Source: an uncultured Oligoflexus sp.
GTDB lineage: Bacteria > Bdellovibrionota_B > Oligoflexia > Oligoflexales > Oligoflexaceae
Direction of reading: 5' to 3'
Assembly (NCBI GenBank): GCA_964236955.1
Contig: CAXSGP010000003.1
Location: 109,166-122,394, forward strand
Length of the DNA: 13,229 nucleotides
Under the pieces are notes generated by a model, which was not told where the DNA came from, searched no databases, and was given only the letters and a program-made list of their open reading frames with translations. A program made the position numbers and the translations under genes. Positions 1-7,637 of this stretch are shown one piece after another; the stretch's first letter is position 1; the number at the start of each line of letters is the position of its first letter.

Positions 1-21
1 TGAATAGGCTAAAAGTAGAAT

Positions 22-54
22 TTAGAAAGTTACAGTTGCGAATTTCTTTTTCAT
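22..54 (-). CDS. Micropeptide MKKKFATVTF, copy 2 in transcription order
   Basis: Reverse complement reads ATG AAA AAG AAA TTC GCA ACT GTA ACT TTC TAA. It is preceded by AAGAG (64-68) 9 nt upstream. It encodes the same peptide as 103-135, with only synonymous differences. Too short for the supplied ORF track. Confidence 0.7.
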   Translation of the reverse strand: MKKKFATVTF

Positions 55-102
55 GTTCTTTTTCTCTTATGAAATGTGTTCAAATTGAAGTCGTGCTTAG
101 AA

Positions 103-135
103 TTAAAAAGTTACGGTTGCGAATTTTTTTTTCAT
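103..135 (-). CDS. Micropeptide MKKKFATVTF, copy 1 in transcription order
   Basis: Reverse complement reads ATG AAA AAA AAA TTC GCA ACC GTA ACT TTT TAA. A strong Shine-Dalgarno AAGGAG (142-147) lies 6 nt upstream of the ATG. Confidence 0.75.
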   Translation of the reverse strand: MKKKFATVTF

Positions 136-202
136 GTTCATCTCCTTGTTTGAAAGTTCGATCACACTTCAAATCATTCGGTGACACCCTAAAAACATTG
201 AG

Positions 203-219
203 AGGAAAAAATTTTTCCT
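203..219. promoter_or_regulatory. Perfect 17-bp dyad AGGAAAAA-A-TTTTTCCT, possible transcription-factor site
   Basis: 8-bp arms around a 1-nt centre, too tight for an RNA hairpin loop. It lies about 70 nt upstream of the first micropeptide ATG on the minus strand. Confidence 0.35.
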
Positions 220-792
220 TTGTTGTTTCATGGAGTTAGAAGCTCAATTTTGGCGAAATAGCTATCGCGATATCGCTGTGCTTCTATTTTTGACTGCTTA
301 TTGATTGTGTTCTGATAAGGATCGCATGGGTCATTATGGAGGAAACTTAGGTAAAATTCATCTGAGTGTGGGTGTTTTTGTGCATATTTTGCTGGGTTTT
401 TTTATCATTAAGAGATTTAAAGACCTTTTAGGGTAGCACGAGGCCTACAAATTTTTTATATGGGATGGGGATCGTTGATGATTTAATTTCCATAAACGAT
501 ATTTAGTCATGAGTAGACCGCTTCAAATGATGGAACTTCCGAAACATGCCAGGAATTTTATGCCGAGAAACCCCATCTCTCATAAAGTTAGAGGCCGGAA
601 ATTGCAATTTATCCTGAGCCGTTAAAAATATTTGCGGCGGACCTGGAGGGTTGGTAAGACAACGAGGAAAGATACGAGAAGATAGGCAGGGCCCTAAGTA
701 CGGAACCGCAAGGGAGCGCTCTTTTTAGAGAGCGCAGATCATAACCATTACTTTCTTGCATAGCCTTAGCTTTCGACTGAGGCTTTCTGCCC

Positions 793-1263
793 TTAATTCG
801 TGCTCGGCGCGTTGCGGTTTTCCACTCGGACTTTGATGCGATAGGGAGCGGGACTTTCCTCTGAAAGTATTTTTTCGGGCCAGACTTGCTGAAGGCTCAA
901 GACCAGGCCAGAATTCGGGTCGGTCCACTGTGGCTCTAGAGTTCCGCCAAGGCCAAGTTCAAATTTTTCTGTCGACTTTCGGCCTTCGTATTTCAATTCA
1001 ACACGTACGCGGCCAGCCCAGACACAAACTGCATCAAGGGGACAACGCGAATCTTCAGGAATGCCAATAAAGTCAATGGCGCCATATTCAGCAAGGTTAT
1101 AGGACTCGTTTTGAGTCATGATGATGCAGTTATTATCGCCTTCGTTACAGGTTGGTGCCGGCGCATTTTGCGCAAGCGGCGCAAAATTTTCTACATCCTC
1201 GGCAAATGCAGGTAAAGATAGGCTTGGCATGAGTCCCAGGGCGACCGTTAAATATAGTTTCAT
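793..1263 (-). CDS. Secreted hypothetical protein with DSRCP-x4-CVWAG motif
   Basis: 156-aa ORF with a Sec signal peptide (MKLYLTVALGLMPSLSLPAFA, AxA cleavage site) and SD AAGGA upstream. The EDSRCPLDAVCVWAG motif is typical of a widespread family of small exported beta-rich proteins of unknown function. Confidence 0.85.
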   Translation of the reverse strand: MKLYLTVALGLMPSLSLPAFAEDVENFAPLAQNAPAPTCNEGDNNCIIMTQNESYNLAEYGAIDFIGIPEDSRCPLDAVCVWAGRVRVELKYEGRKSTEKFELGLGGTLEPQWTDPNSGLVLSLQQVWPEKILSEESPAPYRIKVRVENRNAPSTN

Positions 1264-1379
1264 GGTAGGTTCCTTTATTTACACGCTTGATTTCGAGGCA
1301 GAATCTAGGTCAGGTCCAGGTTGATTATGCCTCCGGGATCTTTCTAAGTCACTAAGCAAAGGGATCAATGTGAGTCTTG

Positions 1380-1398
1380 AAAACGAGGCTTTGCCTCG
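1380..1398 (-). terminator. Intrinsic terminator of the DUF4337 gene
   Basis: Minus strand reads CGAGGC-AAA-GCCTCG followed by TTTT, about 45 nt after the stop at 1443. Confidence 0.6.
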
Positions 1399-1442
1399 CC
1401 TTCAGGATATATTTGCGTAATGATTGCTAGACGTGTGCGAAA

Positions 1443-2072
1443 TCAATAAGGAATTTGATTGGCTAGCCAAAGAGCGCGGGCAAAGACAAGGGTTCCCGTA
1501 GTGCCGGAAAGGATGGTCAGACAAAGAAACTTCCACTTCATATTGTCACGATCCAATATGATTCCAATGGCGCCAACAACCAGACTGATCTGTAGCAGCA
1601 TCGACGCAAAATCGAAAAGGTCCCCCGCATTTCCCAGATCCTGCAAAAAACTGTCGTATTCCTTCGCTCCTACGATTTTACCTAAGGTGCCATCGATATC
1701 CTGGGCCCATTGATCTTTCGTCAACGACTTAGATCCGACCAGGAGTTCCTTTTTTTCACGACTGTAGCGATCGATGCGGGCTTCCGAATCTTTTACCAGC
1801 TTCTCAATTGCCGACACCTTTTCTACCGATATTGTTCCGCTAAGGAGCAGAGATTGAAGCAGCTCGAGCTGGCCTTCAAGCATCGTTTCCTTGATGCCCT
1901 TGGATTGATACCATTGATAGGCATTGTTCCGGTTGTTGCTCATCTCCAATTCATCACTTCCAAATCGGTTTGAAAAGAGATCGTTTATCGATAGCAGCGC
2001 TGCGAAGAGGGCGATCGAAAGTGGAAATAGAACTTCCATTTTGCTTTGTAATTTTTCCAACAAACTGGACAT
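1443..2072 (-). CDS. DUF4337 family membrane protein
   Basis: N-terminal TM (IALFAALLSI), YQWYQSKGIKE motif (family WxxYQAKxIK), a helical middle region, and FDFASMLLQISLVVGAIGII followed by a final TM. SD AGGAG/AGGA upstream. Confidence 0.85.
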   Translation of the reverse strand: MSSLLEKLQSKMEVLFPLSIALFAALLSINDLFSNRFGSDELEMSNNRNNAYQWYQSKGIKETMLEGQLELLQSLLLSGTISVEKVSAIEKLVKDSEARIDRYSREKKELLVGSKSLTKDQWAQDIDGTLGKIVGAKEYDSFLQDLGNAGDLFDFASMLLQISLVVGAIGIILDRDNMKWKFLCLTILSGTTGTLVFARALWLANQIPY

Positions 2073-2150
2073 CGATTCCTAGCTCCTTTGCTCGGTGATG
2101 AATGATCTAGCTATTAAATAAGGTGCCGATAAAGAGTTCAAGGAAGAAGC

Positions 2151-2426
2151 TCAAACGGGCTCAATTATTTCATGCTTTAAATAAGGACCCTTTATGGGTT
2201 TCAACTTATCCGCTCGCCCATCATCCCGGGTAAGGGTCGCGGCGCGAAGCGTGAACGCCCTTTTAAGACGTTCATGGTGATCCTGCGAAGTTTGATGAAG
2301 CCTCAGTATTGTCGATTCCCAGTCCAAAGGGGGTTGCACCCTTCCGTCCTGTTCATTGTCTCGTGTGAGCGGGGGACTTAACCTTCGAAATAAGTGGCCG
2401 ATGAAGGAGTGGGCTATCCATGCCAT
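2151..2426 (-). CDS. Possible small hypothetical protein (91 aa)
   Basis: ATG-started ORF filling an otherwise empty gap, co-oriented with the DUF4337 gene. No clear SD and no recognisable motif. Confidence 0.35.
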   Translation of the reverse strand: MAWIAHSFIGHLFRRLSPPLTRDNEQDGRVQPPLDWESTILRLHQTSQDHHERLKRAFTLRAATLTRDDGRADKLKPIKGPYLKHEIIEPV

Positions 2427-2737
2427 CCATCGGCGCGAGAGGGGTCACGGGTCAGCAGACTTTTCCGGAAATCGTTCCCTCGGATTGGCTTATAATTTTC
2501 ACCTCAAAAATGAATATGTATTCCAGGAGCATATTATGATATATTTTGGCGGATAACTTTTGATTTAGGGACGTATACCGTTGTCGTTGTCAAAGCTTTC
2601 CGCTTTTTTGCTTGTGCCCACCCACTATTAAGGTCTAACTTTTCCAACGCAATCGTTAGTATCAAATATTCGTTGGACCTTGACTGCCAGTGTCAGCGGT
2701 GCATATATGATTCTTGATTTTCTACAGGGACCAAGGA

Positions 2738-3400
2738 ATGGGATTTTCTGAAGCTGATCTTTTTAATTGGTTTACACAGTATGCTTACCAGGCCTGGCTT
2801 ATCTATCTCGGTATATTCGTACTGATGATGGCATCGGGGTTTGGCCTGCCAATACCCGAAGAATTCACGCTTATCAGTGCCGGCCTGGTGTGCTACATAG
2901 CCTCACGCCCCGATCTTTACCCCCCGCCCGCTACCGGGCACTCACCGGTCAATCCTTACGTCACTGCGGGGGTAGCGTTTTTTTCTGTGGTCTTTGCTGA
3001 CGGTCTGGTCTTTTTCCTTGGCAAATTTTTTGGTGGGAGAATTCTCAGGTCGCCCTACATGGCTCGCTACCGCGCCCGCTTTGAAAAAGTCGGTGAATGG
3101 ACCAAGAAATACGGAATGTGGGCTGCTGGCGCTTTTCGCTTTACGCCGGGCCTACGGTTTCCTGGTCATTTTGCCTGTGGAATGATGGGCTTAAATATCA
3201 CCAAATTTGTTGCTGTAGACTCCACGGCCGCCATGATCAGCGTGCCGACACAGGTTCTGCTCGTTGCCTTTTATGGGGAGACGATACTGGTTTATTTTAC
3301 TAAATTTAAAATCGCTGTCCTTACTCTACTGGCTATTGCCCTAATCTCTTACTGTGCCCGCTGGCTATGGAAACGCAAAGGCAGCGTACCGGCCGTCTGA
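2738..3400 (+). CDS. dedA: DedA family (SNARE-associated/VTT domain) membrane protein
   Basis: GFGLPIPEEFTLISAG, ADGLVFFLGKFFG and AFRFTPGLRFPGHFACG motifs are typical of DedA. ATG at 2738 (after AGGGA/AAGGA) is preferred over TTG at 2714. Confidence 0.92.
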   Translation: MGFSEADLFNWFTQYAYQAWLIYLGIFVLMMASGFGLPIPEEFTLISAGLVCYIASRPDLYPPPATGHSPVNPYVTAGVAFFSVVFADGLVFFLGKFFGGRILRSPYMARYRARFEKVGEWTKKYGMWAAGAFRFTPGLRFPGHFACGMMGLNITKFVAVDSTAAMISVPTQVLLVAFYGETILVYFTKFKIAVLTLLAIALISYCARWLWKRKGSVPAV

Positions 3401-3471
3401 ACAGTCCTTGCCAAGGATCATTGGGAATAGGCAAAGCCAGTGGTCCAAGATCCTCTGTTTGCGTTCTTTAT

Positions 3472-3497
3472 AAGGTTCCGAATTCCTTCGGCCTTTT
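3472..3497. terminator. Hairpin between the convergent dedA and fumC genes, probable terminator
   Basis: AAGG-tt-CCGAA-ttcc-TTCGG-CCTT followed by TT on the plus strand, adjacent to the fumC stop. Confidence 0.45.
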
Positions 3498-3499
3498 GG

Positions 3500-4891
3500 T
3501 TACGTCCTATTTGGGCCAAGCATTGTCTCAGGCCGCACCACCCTGTCAAATTCTTCAAGACTAATCACACCCAAGGCTTCTGCCGCCTCTCTTAAACTCA
3601 AATTCTTATCCAAAGCATATTGCGCAAGTTTAGCTGCCTGGTCATAGCCGATGACAGGATTTAATGCGGTGACCAGCATGAGCGAGCGATCAAGATGTTC
3701 CCGCATCTTTGTTTCATCCGGTTCCATGCCCTCGACGCAGTTGGTCCGAAAACTCAAACAGGCATCGGCGAGGAGTTCGGTGGACTGCAGGAGGTTATGG
3801 ATGATCAGGGGCTTATAGGTGTTCAATTCCAACTGCCCCTGGCTCCCGGCAAAGCTAAGCGCGAAATCATTGCCGATCGCCTGTATCGCCACCATCGTCA
3901 AGGCTTCGATCTGAGTGGGATTGACCTTACCCGGCATGATGGAGCTGCCCGGTTCATTCGCTGGCAGGCGTAGCTCTCCGAACCCGGTACGGGGTCCGCT
4001 TGCTAGCAGGCGCAAATCATTACCGATCTTGATGCAGGCGACGGCAAGTAATTTTAGGCTGGAGCTGGCGTTGACCAGGGGATCATGGGCAGCTATGAGT
4101 GCAAATTTATTGTCTGCGGGCCTAAATTTTAGGCCGGTTAATTCAGTTAGCTGCCTCGTAACGACTTCAGCGAAACGCAGGTGCGTATTGAGACCAGTGC
4201 CGATCGCGGTGCCGCCCAAAGGCAACGGCAATAAGTGCTCCCATGCTTGATTCAGGCAGGTTTCGGCAAACTCAAGCTGCGCGGCATAACCACTGAGTTC
4301 CTGGCCAAAGGTCATGGGTGTGGCGTCCATCATGTGGGTACGGCCGACTTTGATGACCCCGGTGTAAGCTTTGGCCTTTTTTTCAAAGGCAAGACGAAGA
4401 TCCCGAACCACGGGAATAAGCTTTTGTCGCCAGGCTTGAGCCGTGACAATATGCATAATGGCAGAAAACACGTCGTTACTGGACTGGGATATGTTCACAT
4501 CATCGTGCGCATCGACCTTGATAGCACTGCCTGACCTCTCGGCCTTTTCTGCTGCGCGGTGGGCGATCACTTCATTGAGATTCATGTGAGTCTGAGTGCC
4601 GCTGCCCGTTTGCCAAACGACGAGTGGAAAATGCTCGTCAAACTGTCCTGCAATAATTTCATCACAGACCGAGGCGATCAGTTCGGCCTTTGCCGGTGCG
4701 AGGAGGCCCAGTTCCTGATTGGCTAGCGCGGCGGCTTTTTTGAGAAGGGCAAAACTATGAATGAATTCTGGGGAAAAGTGATCGTGACCAATTTTAAACA
4801 TATTGATGGAGCGCTGGGTTTGAGCACCAAAATATCGATCTTTGGGAATATGCACCTGGCCCAGGCTGTCCGATTCAACTCGTGTTTCCAT
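3500..4891 (-). CDS. fumC: Class II fumarate hydratase
   Basis: TRVESDSLG N-terminus, FPLVVWQTGSGT, SQSSND, KVGRTH..DATP and the signature GSSIMPGKVNPTQIE. Start placed at ATG 4891 by family alignment, rather than 4936. Confidence 0.95.
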   Translation of the reverse strand: METRVESDSLGQVHIPKDRYFGAQTQRSINMFKIGHDHFSPEFIHSFALLKKAAALANQELGLLAPAKAELIASVCDEIIAGQFDEHFPLVVWQTGSGTQTHMNLNEVIAHRAAEKAERSGSAIKVDAHDDVNISQSSNDVFSAIMHIVTAQAWRQKLIPVVRDLRLAFEKKAKAYTGVIKVGRTHMMDATPMTFGQELSGYAAQLEFAETCLNQAWEHLLPLPLGGTAIGTGLNTHLRFAEVVTRQLTELTGLKFRPADNKFALIAAHDPLVNASSSLKLLAVACIKIGNDLRLLASGPRTGFGELRLPANEPGSSIMPGKVNPTQIEALTMVAIQAIGNDFALSFAGSQGQLELNTYKPLIIHNLLQSTELLADACLSFRTNCVEGMEPDETKMREHLDRSLMLVTALNPVIGYDQAAKLAQYALDKNLSLREAAEALGVISLEEFDRVVRPETMLGPNRT

Positions 4892-5010
4892 GACTTTTTC
4901 TCGCCTTATGATCGATGTCCACTCGATTGCGAGCATTGAAGAAACTGGATTTCAAAGCAAGGGACATTTGCTGGGCTGCCTGGTAAAGGACCGATAACCA
5001 TAGAATTTAT

Positions 5011-5039
5011 AGAAAAGAACCGCCCCGGGGAGGGCAATC
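5011..5039 (-). terminator. Probable intrinsic terminator between the class I fumarase and fumC
   Basis: Minus strand GATTGCCCT-CCCC-GGGGCGGTT (9-bp stem including G-U pairs) followed by CTTTTCT. Confidence 0.5.
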
Positions 5040-5154
5040 GTTCGTGGCCAGGGGGAAATTTGATACACCGGATGAACTCGGTGCAATCGCGGGGGCCGAA
5101 GACGGATCGATTTTGATCCACGTGATCATTTTAGGATCGGGTTCGGCCCCAAGT

Positions 5155-6777
5155 TCAGCCTTCGGCCTTGCCGCCGCTAAAGGGCGCATAAAAGTCATTA
5201 CCCTTGTCATCGACAACGATAAAGGCGGGGAAGTTCCTGACTTTGATTTTACGGATTGCTTCCATGCCAAGATCTTCGAAATCAACAAGTTCCACGCTTT
5301 CGATATTTTCTTTGGCCAGGATCGCTGCAGGTCCGCCGATCGAACCTAAATAAAAGCCTTTGTGAGTCTTGCAGGCATCGGTAACCTGCTGGGTACGATT
5401 GCCCTTGGCCAGCATGATGCGTGAGCCGCCTTTTATCATAAAAGGTCCCACATAGGGATCCATTCGGCCTGCAGTTGTGGGTCCAAAACTTCCGGAAGGC
5501 ATGCCTTCGGGCGTCTTGGCGGGGCCCGCGTAATAGACGGGATGGTTTTTCATGTAATCCGGCATGGGTTTGCCTTCGTCAAGCATTTTTTGCAGACGGG
5601 CGTGAGCCACCTCCCGTGCCACGATCAAGGTGCCCTTGAGAAGTAGCCTGGTCTTCACCGGATATTTGGAGAGTTCCGCGATAATTTTTTCCATCGGCTG
5701 ATCGAGGTCAATTTCTATCGGTTTTTCCAGGCTTGGGTTTTGTTTGGGGAGGTATTTTGAGGGATCGGTTTCCAATTGCTCAAGAAAAATCCCATCCGCT
5801 GTGATCTTGCCGCGAACGTTGCGGTCCGCACTGCAGCTTACGCCGATCCCGACGGGACAGGAAGCGGCGTGACGCATCATACGAATAACCCGAACATCAT
5901 GGATAAAATATTTGCCACCGAACTGAGCGCCGATGCCCATTTCGTTGCACATTCTGTTGATGCGTTGTTCCCACTCAAGGTCGCGATAGCTCTGACCCTG
6001 CGCATTGCCTTCCGTAGGGAGATTATCGAGGTTTTTGGCTGAGGCTTCCTTGACAACCTTGAGCACGGTTTCCGCAGAAGGTCCGCCTATCACTACCGCA
6101 AGGTGATAAGGTGGGCAGGCCGAAGTGCCAAGCTTACTGATTTTTTCCTGAAGAAACTTCATCAGCTTATCTTCGTTTAATAGCGATTTGGTTTCTTGGA
6201 AAAGAAAGGTTTTATTGGCCGAACCACCGCCTTTGGCCAGGAAGGTGAATTCATAGCTTTGACCGTAGGTCGAATAGATATCGATTTGAGCCGGAAGATT
6301 GGACCCCGTGTTTTTTTCTTCAAACATACTGAGCGGGGATAGCTGCGAGTAGCGTAGGTTTTCCTGCTGATAGGTTTTGTAGATGCCGTGGGAAAGAGCT
6401 TCAGCGTCATCAATGCCCGTAAAGACGCTATCGCCTTTTTTGCCGATGACAACGGCAGTGCCGGTATCCTGGCAGCTAGGAAGCTTGCCTTCGGCAGCGA
6501 TAACGGCGTTTTGAAGGAGCGTATGGGCGACGAAGCGATCGTTGTCGGAAGCTTCCGGATCGTCGAGGATTTTGGCCAGCATCGCCAGATGGGAAGGGCG
6601 AAGAAAGAAAGAGATATCTTTCAGAGCCTCACGGGCCAAAAGCTCAAGGCCCTCACGTTCGACCCTCAGCATGGTTTGACCACCGGCAGTAAAGGTTGAT
6701 ACATGCTCGTTGGTCAAAAGGCGGTAAGTCGTCGTATCAGGTCCCAGTGGCAAAAGCTTTTGATAGTGAAAATCCAT
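5155..6777 (-). CDS. fumA: Class I ([4Fe-4S]) fumarate hydratase, single-chain FumA/FumB type
   Basis: [51 protein letters not shown] and GPTTAGRMD motifs, with all three cluster Cys present. SD AAGGA upstream. FumA and FumB cannot be distinguished from sequence alone. Confidence 0.96.
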   Translation of the reverse strand: MDFHYQKLLPLGPDTTTYRLLTNEHVSTFTAGGQTMLRVEREGLELLAREALKDISFFLRPSHLAMLAKILDDPEASDNDRFVAHTLLQNAVIAAEGKLPSCQDTGTAVVIGKKGDSVFTGIDDAEALSHGIYKTYQQENLRYSQLSPLSMFEEKNTGSNLPAQIDIYSTYGQSYEFTFLAKGGGSANKTFLFQETKSLLNEDKLMKFLQEKISKLGTSACPPYHLAVVIGGPSAETVLKVVKEASAKNLDNLPTEGNAQGQSYRDLEWEQRINRMCNEMGIGAQFGGKYFIHDVRVIRMMRHAASCPVGIGVSCSADRNVRGKITADGIFLEQLETDPSKYLPKQNPSLEKPIEIDLDQPMEKIIAELSKYPVKTRLLLKGTLIVAREVAHARLQKMLDEGKPMPDYMKNHPVYYAGPAKTPEGMPSGSFGPTTAGRMDPYVGPFMIKGGSRIMLAKGNRTQQVTDACKTHKGFYLGSIGGPAAILAKENIESVELVDFEDLGMEAIRKIKVRNFPAFIVVDDKGNDFYAPFSGGKAEG

Positions 6778-6870
6778 GACGTATCCTTTAAAGAGTATCC
6801 GTGCCTAAGAGTATAAGGTTCGCGAATGGGACGGTCAATCACTGAGCCTTGCCTGTCCATCGGAGTGAGA

Positions 6871-7521
6871 ATGACGCACAGGGATCACAAACGAGATATC
6901 ATCCTCGCCGTGAGTGAACGGCGATGTCCCCCTCTTGTGCCGGAATTGGAATTGAGCCTAGTGACGGTTCGTTCGCCATGGTGGACGATGCATCCCGACG
7001 ATTTGGATCGAATGGGTGTGCCCGAGCCTTTTTGGGCTTTTGCCTGGGCTGGGGGTCAGAGTCTGGCCCGATTTATTTTGGATAACCCGCATTTTGTCGC
7101 GGGTAAGCACGTCATCGATTTCGGTACCGGCGGCGGCATTGTTGGACTGGCGGCCCTTCATGCAGGAGCGGCTCAATTAACTGCGACCGATATTGATCCC
7201 TGGGCAATCGTTGCCTGTAAGGAGAATCTTAAGATTTTTGCCCACCGAATCGAACTGAGCGAAGCCGATTGGATCGGTCGTCAACTTCCCGAAGGGTCGA
7301 TCCTGCTGCTAGGCGACATGAGCTATGAACGTGAGCTTTGTGACAAGCTGATCGCCTGGTTTGAGACTCTGGTGGACTGTACGATACTGGTCGGCGATGC
7401 GGGGCGGGGTTTTGTGGATAAAAAGAGATTTGCCGAGCTGGCAACTTATCTGGCACCTGCCGATTCCGATAGCGATGGCCAGTTTAAGGTCACGGCATCG
7501 GTGCTTCTTTGGAAGGGATAA
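6871..7521 (+). CDS. Class I SAM-dependent protein-lysine methyltransferase, METTL20/ETFBKMT-like (Methyltransf_16/PrmA-like)
   Basis: PFWAFAWAGGQSLARFILDNP, motif I VIDFGTGGG, post-I TDIDP and motif II LLGDMSYE (DxxY). ATG at 6871 follows GGAG. Confidence 0.88.
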   Translation: MTHRDHKRDIILAVSERRCPPLVPELELSLVTVRSPWWTMHPDDLDRMGVPEPFWAFAWAGGQSLARFILDNPHFVAGKHVIDFGTGGGIVGLAALHAGAAQLTATDIDPWAIVACKENLKIFAHRIELSEADWIGRQLPEGSILLLGDMSYERELCDKLIAWFETLVDCTILVGDAGRGFVDKKRFAELATYLAPADSDSDGQFKVTASVLLWKG

Positions 7522-7637
7522 CCCATTGTTATAGAAAGCTGGGTTTTCCCTTCCTTCTGATGCTTAGCGTGATTGAGAGTGAGCCGCGAGGCGTGCTAAA
7601 GTAGAGTTATTCACCGATTTAACCAGTAGGTAGCACT

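Larger units (their letters stand above)
22..139. repeat. Direct repeat, two 37-nt cores with an 81-nt period
   Basis: 22-58 versus 103-139 match at 34/37 positions (mismatches 25/106, 34/115, 46/127). Weaker similarity continues in the flanks (tagaa at 16/98, tgaaa at 70/151). Confidence 0.95.

Noticed and set aside
22..139. CRISPR array (37-nt repeats with a 44-nt spacer)
   Set aside because: Only two copies, no internal palindrome, no cas genes in view, and the 'spacer' flanks are themselves partly similar. The mismatches are all synonymous in a start-to-stop frame, which is better explained by peptide coding.
169..231. 20-aa minus-strand ORF MKQQRKNFFLSMFLGCHRMI upstream of the micropeptides
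   Set aside because: No convincing SD and no second copy or other evidence of selection. It overlaps the dyad at 203-219. It cannot be excluded but is unsupported.
36..239. 67-aa plus-strand ORF containing the repeat (LRISFSCS/LRIFFSCS)
   Set aside because: TTG start without an SD, and a repeat difference is non-synonymous in this frame. It is an antisense shadow of the micro-ORFs.
716..784. Hairpins GCGCTCT/AGAGCGC (716-735) and AGCCTTAG/CTGAGGCT (762-784) as terminators or ncRNA
   Set aside because: No U-tract on the strand of the upstream gene and no recognisable RNA family motif.
1384..1420. c-di-GMP-I riboswitch-like GCAAA...GCAAAGCCTC on the minus strand
   Set aside because: The required P2 stem with GNRA loop and the P3 receptor cannot be formed. 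The sequence is explained as a simple terminator hairpin.
5092..5150. tRNA or tmRNA (begins GGGGCC, cloverleaf-like)
   Set aside because: Only two internal arms, with no T-loop GTTCRA in the right position, no D-loop GG and no CCA end.
5044..5349. 101-aa plus-strand ORF and the short minus-strand ORFs 4906-5121 and 5007-5288
   Set aside because: They overlap the fumA 3' end or fumC leader in antisense or alternative frames, with no motifs or SD. The spacer is better explained by RNA structure.
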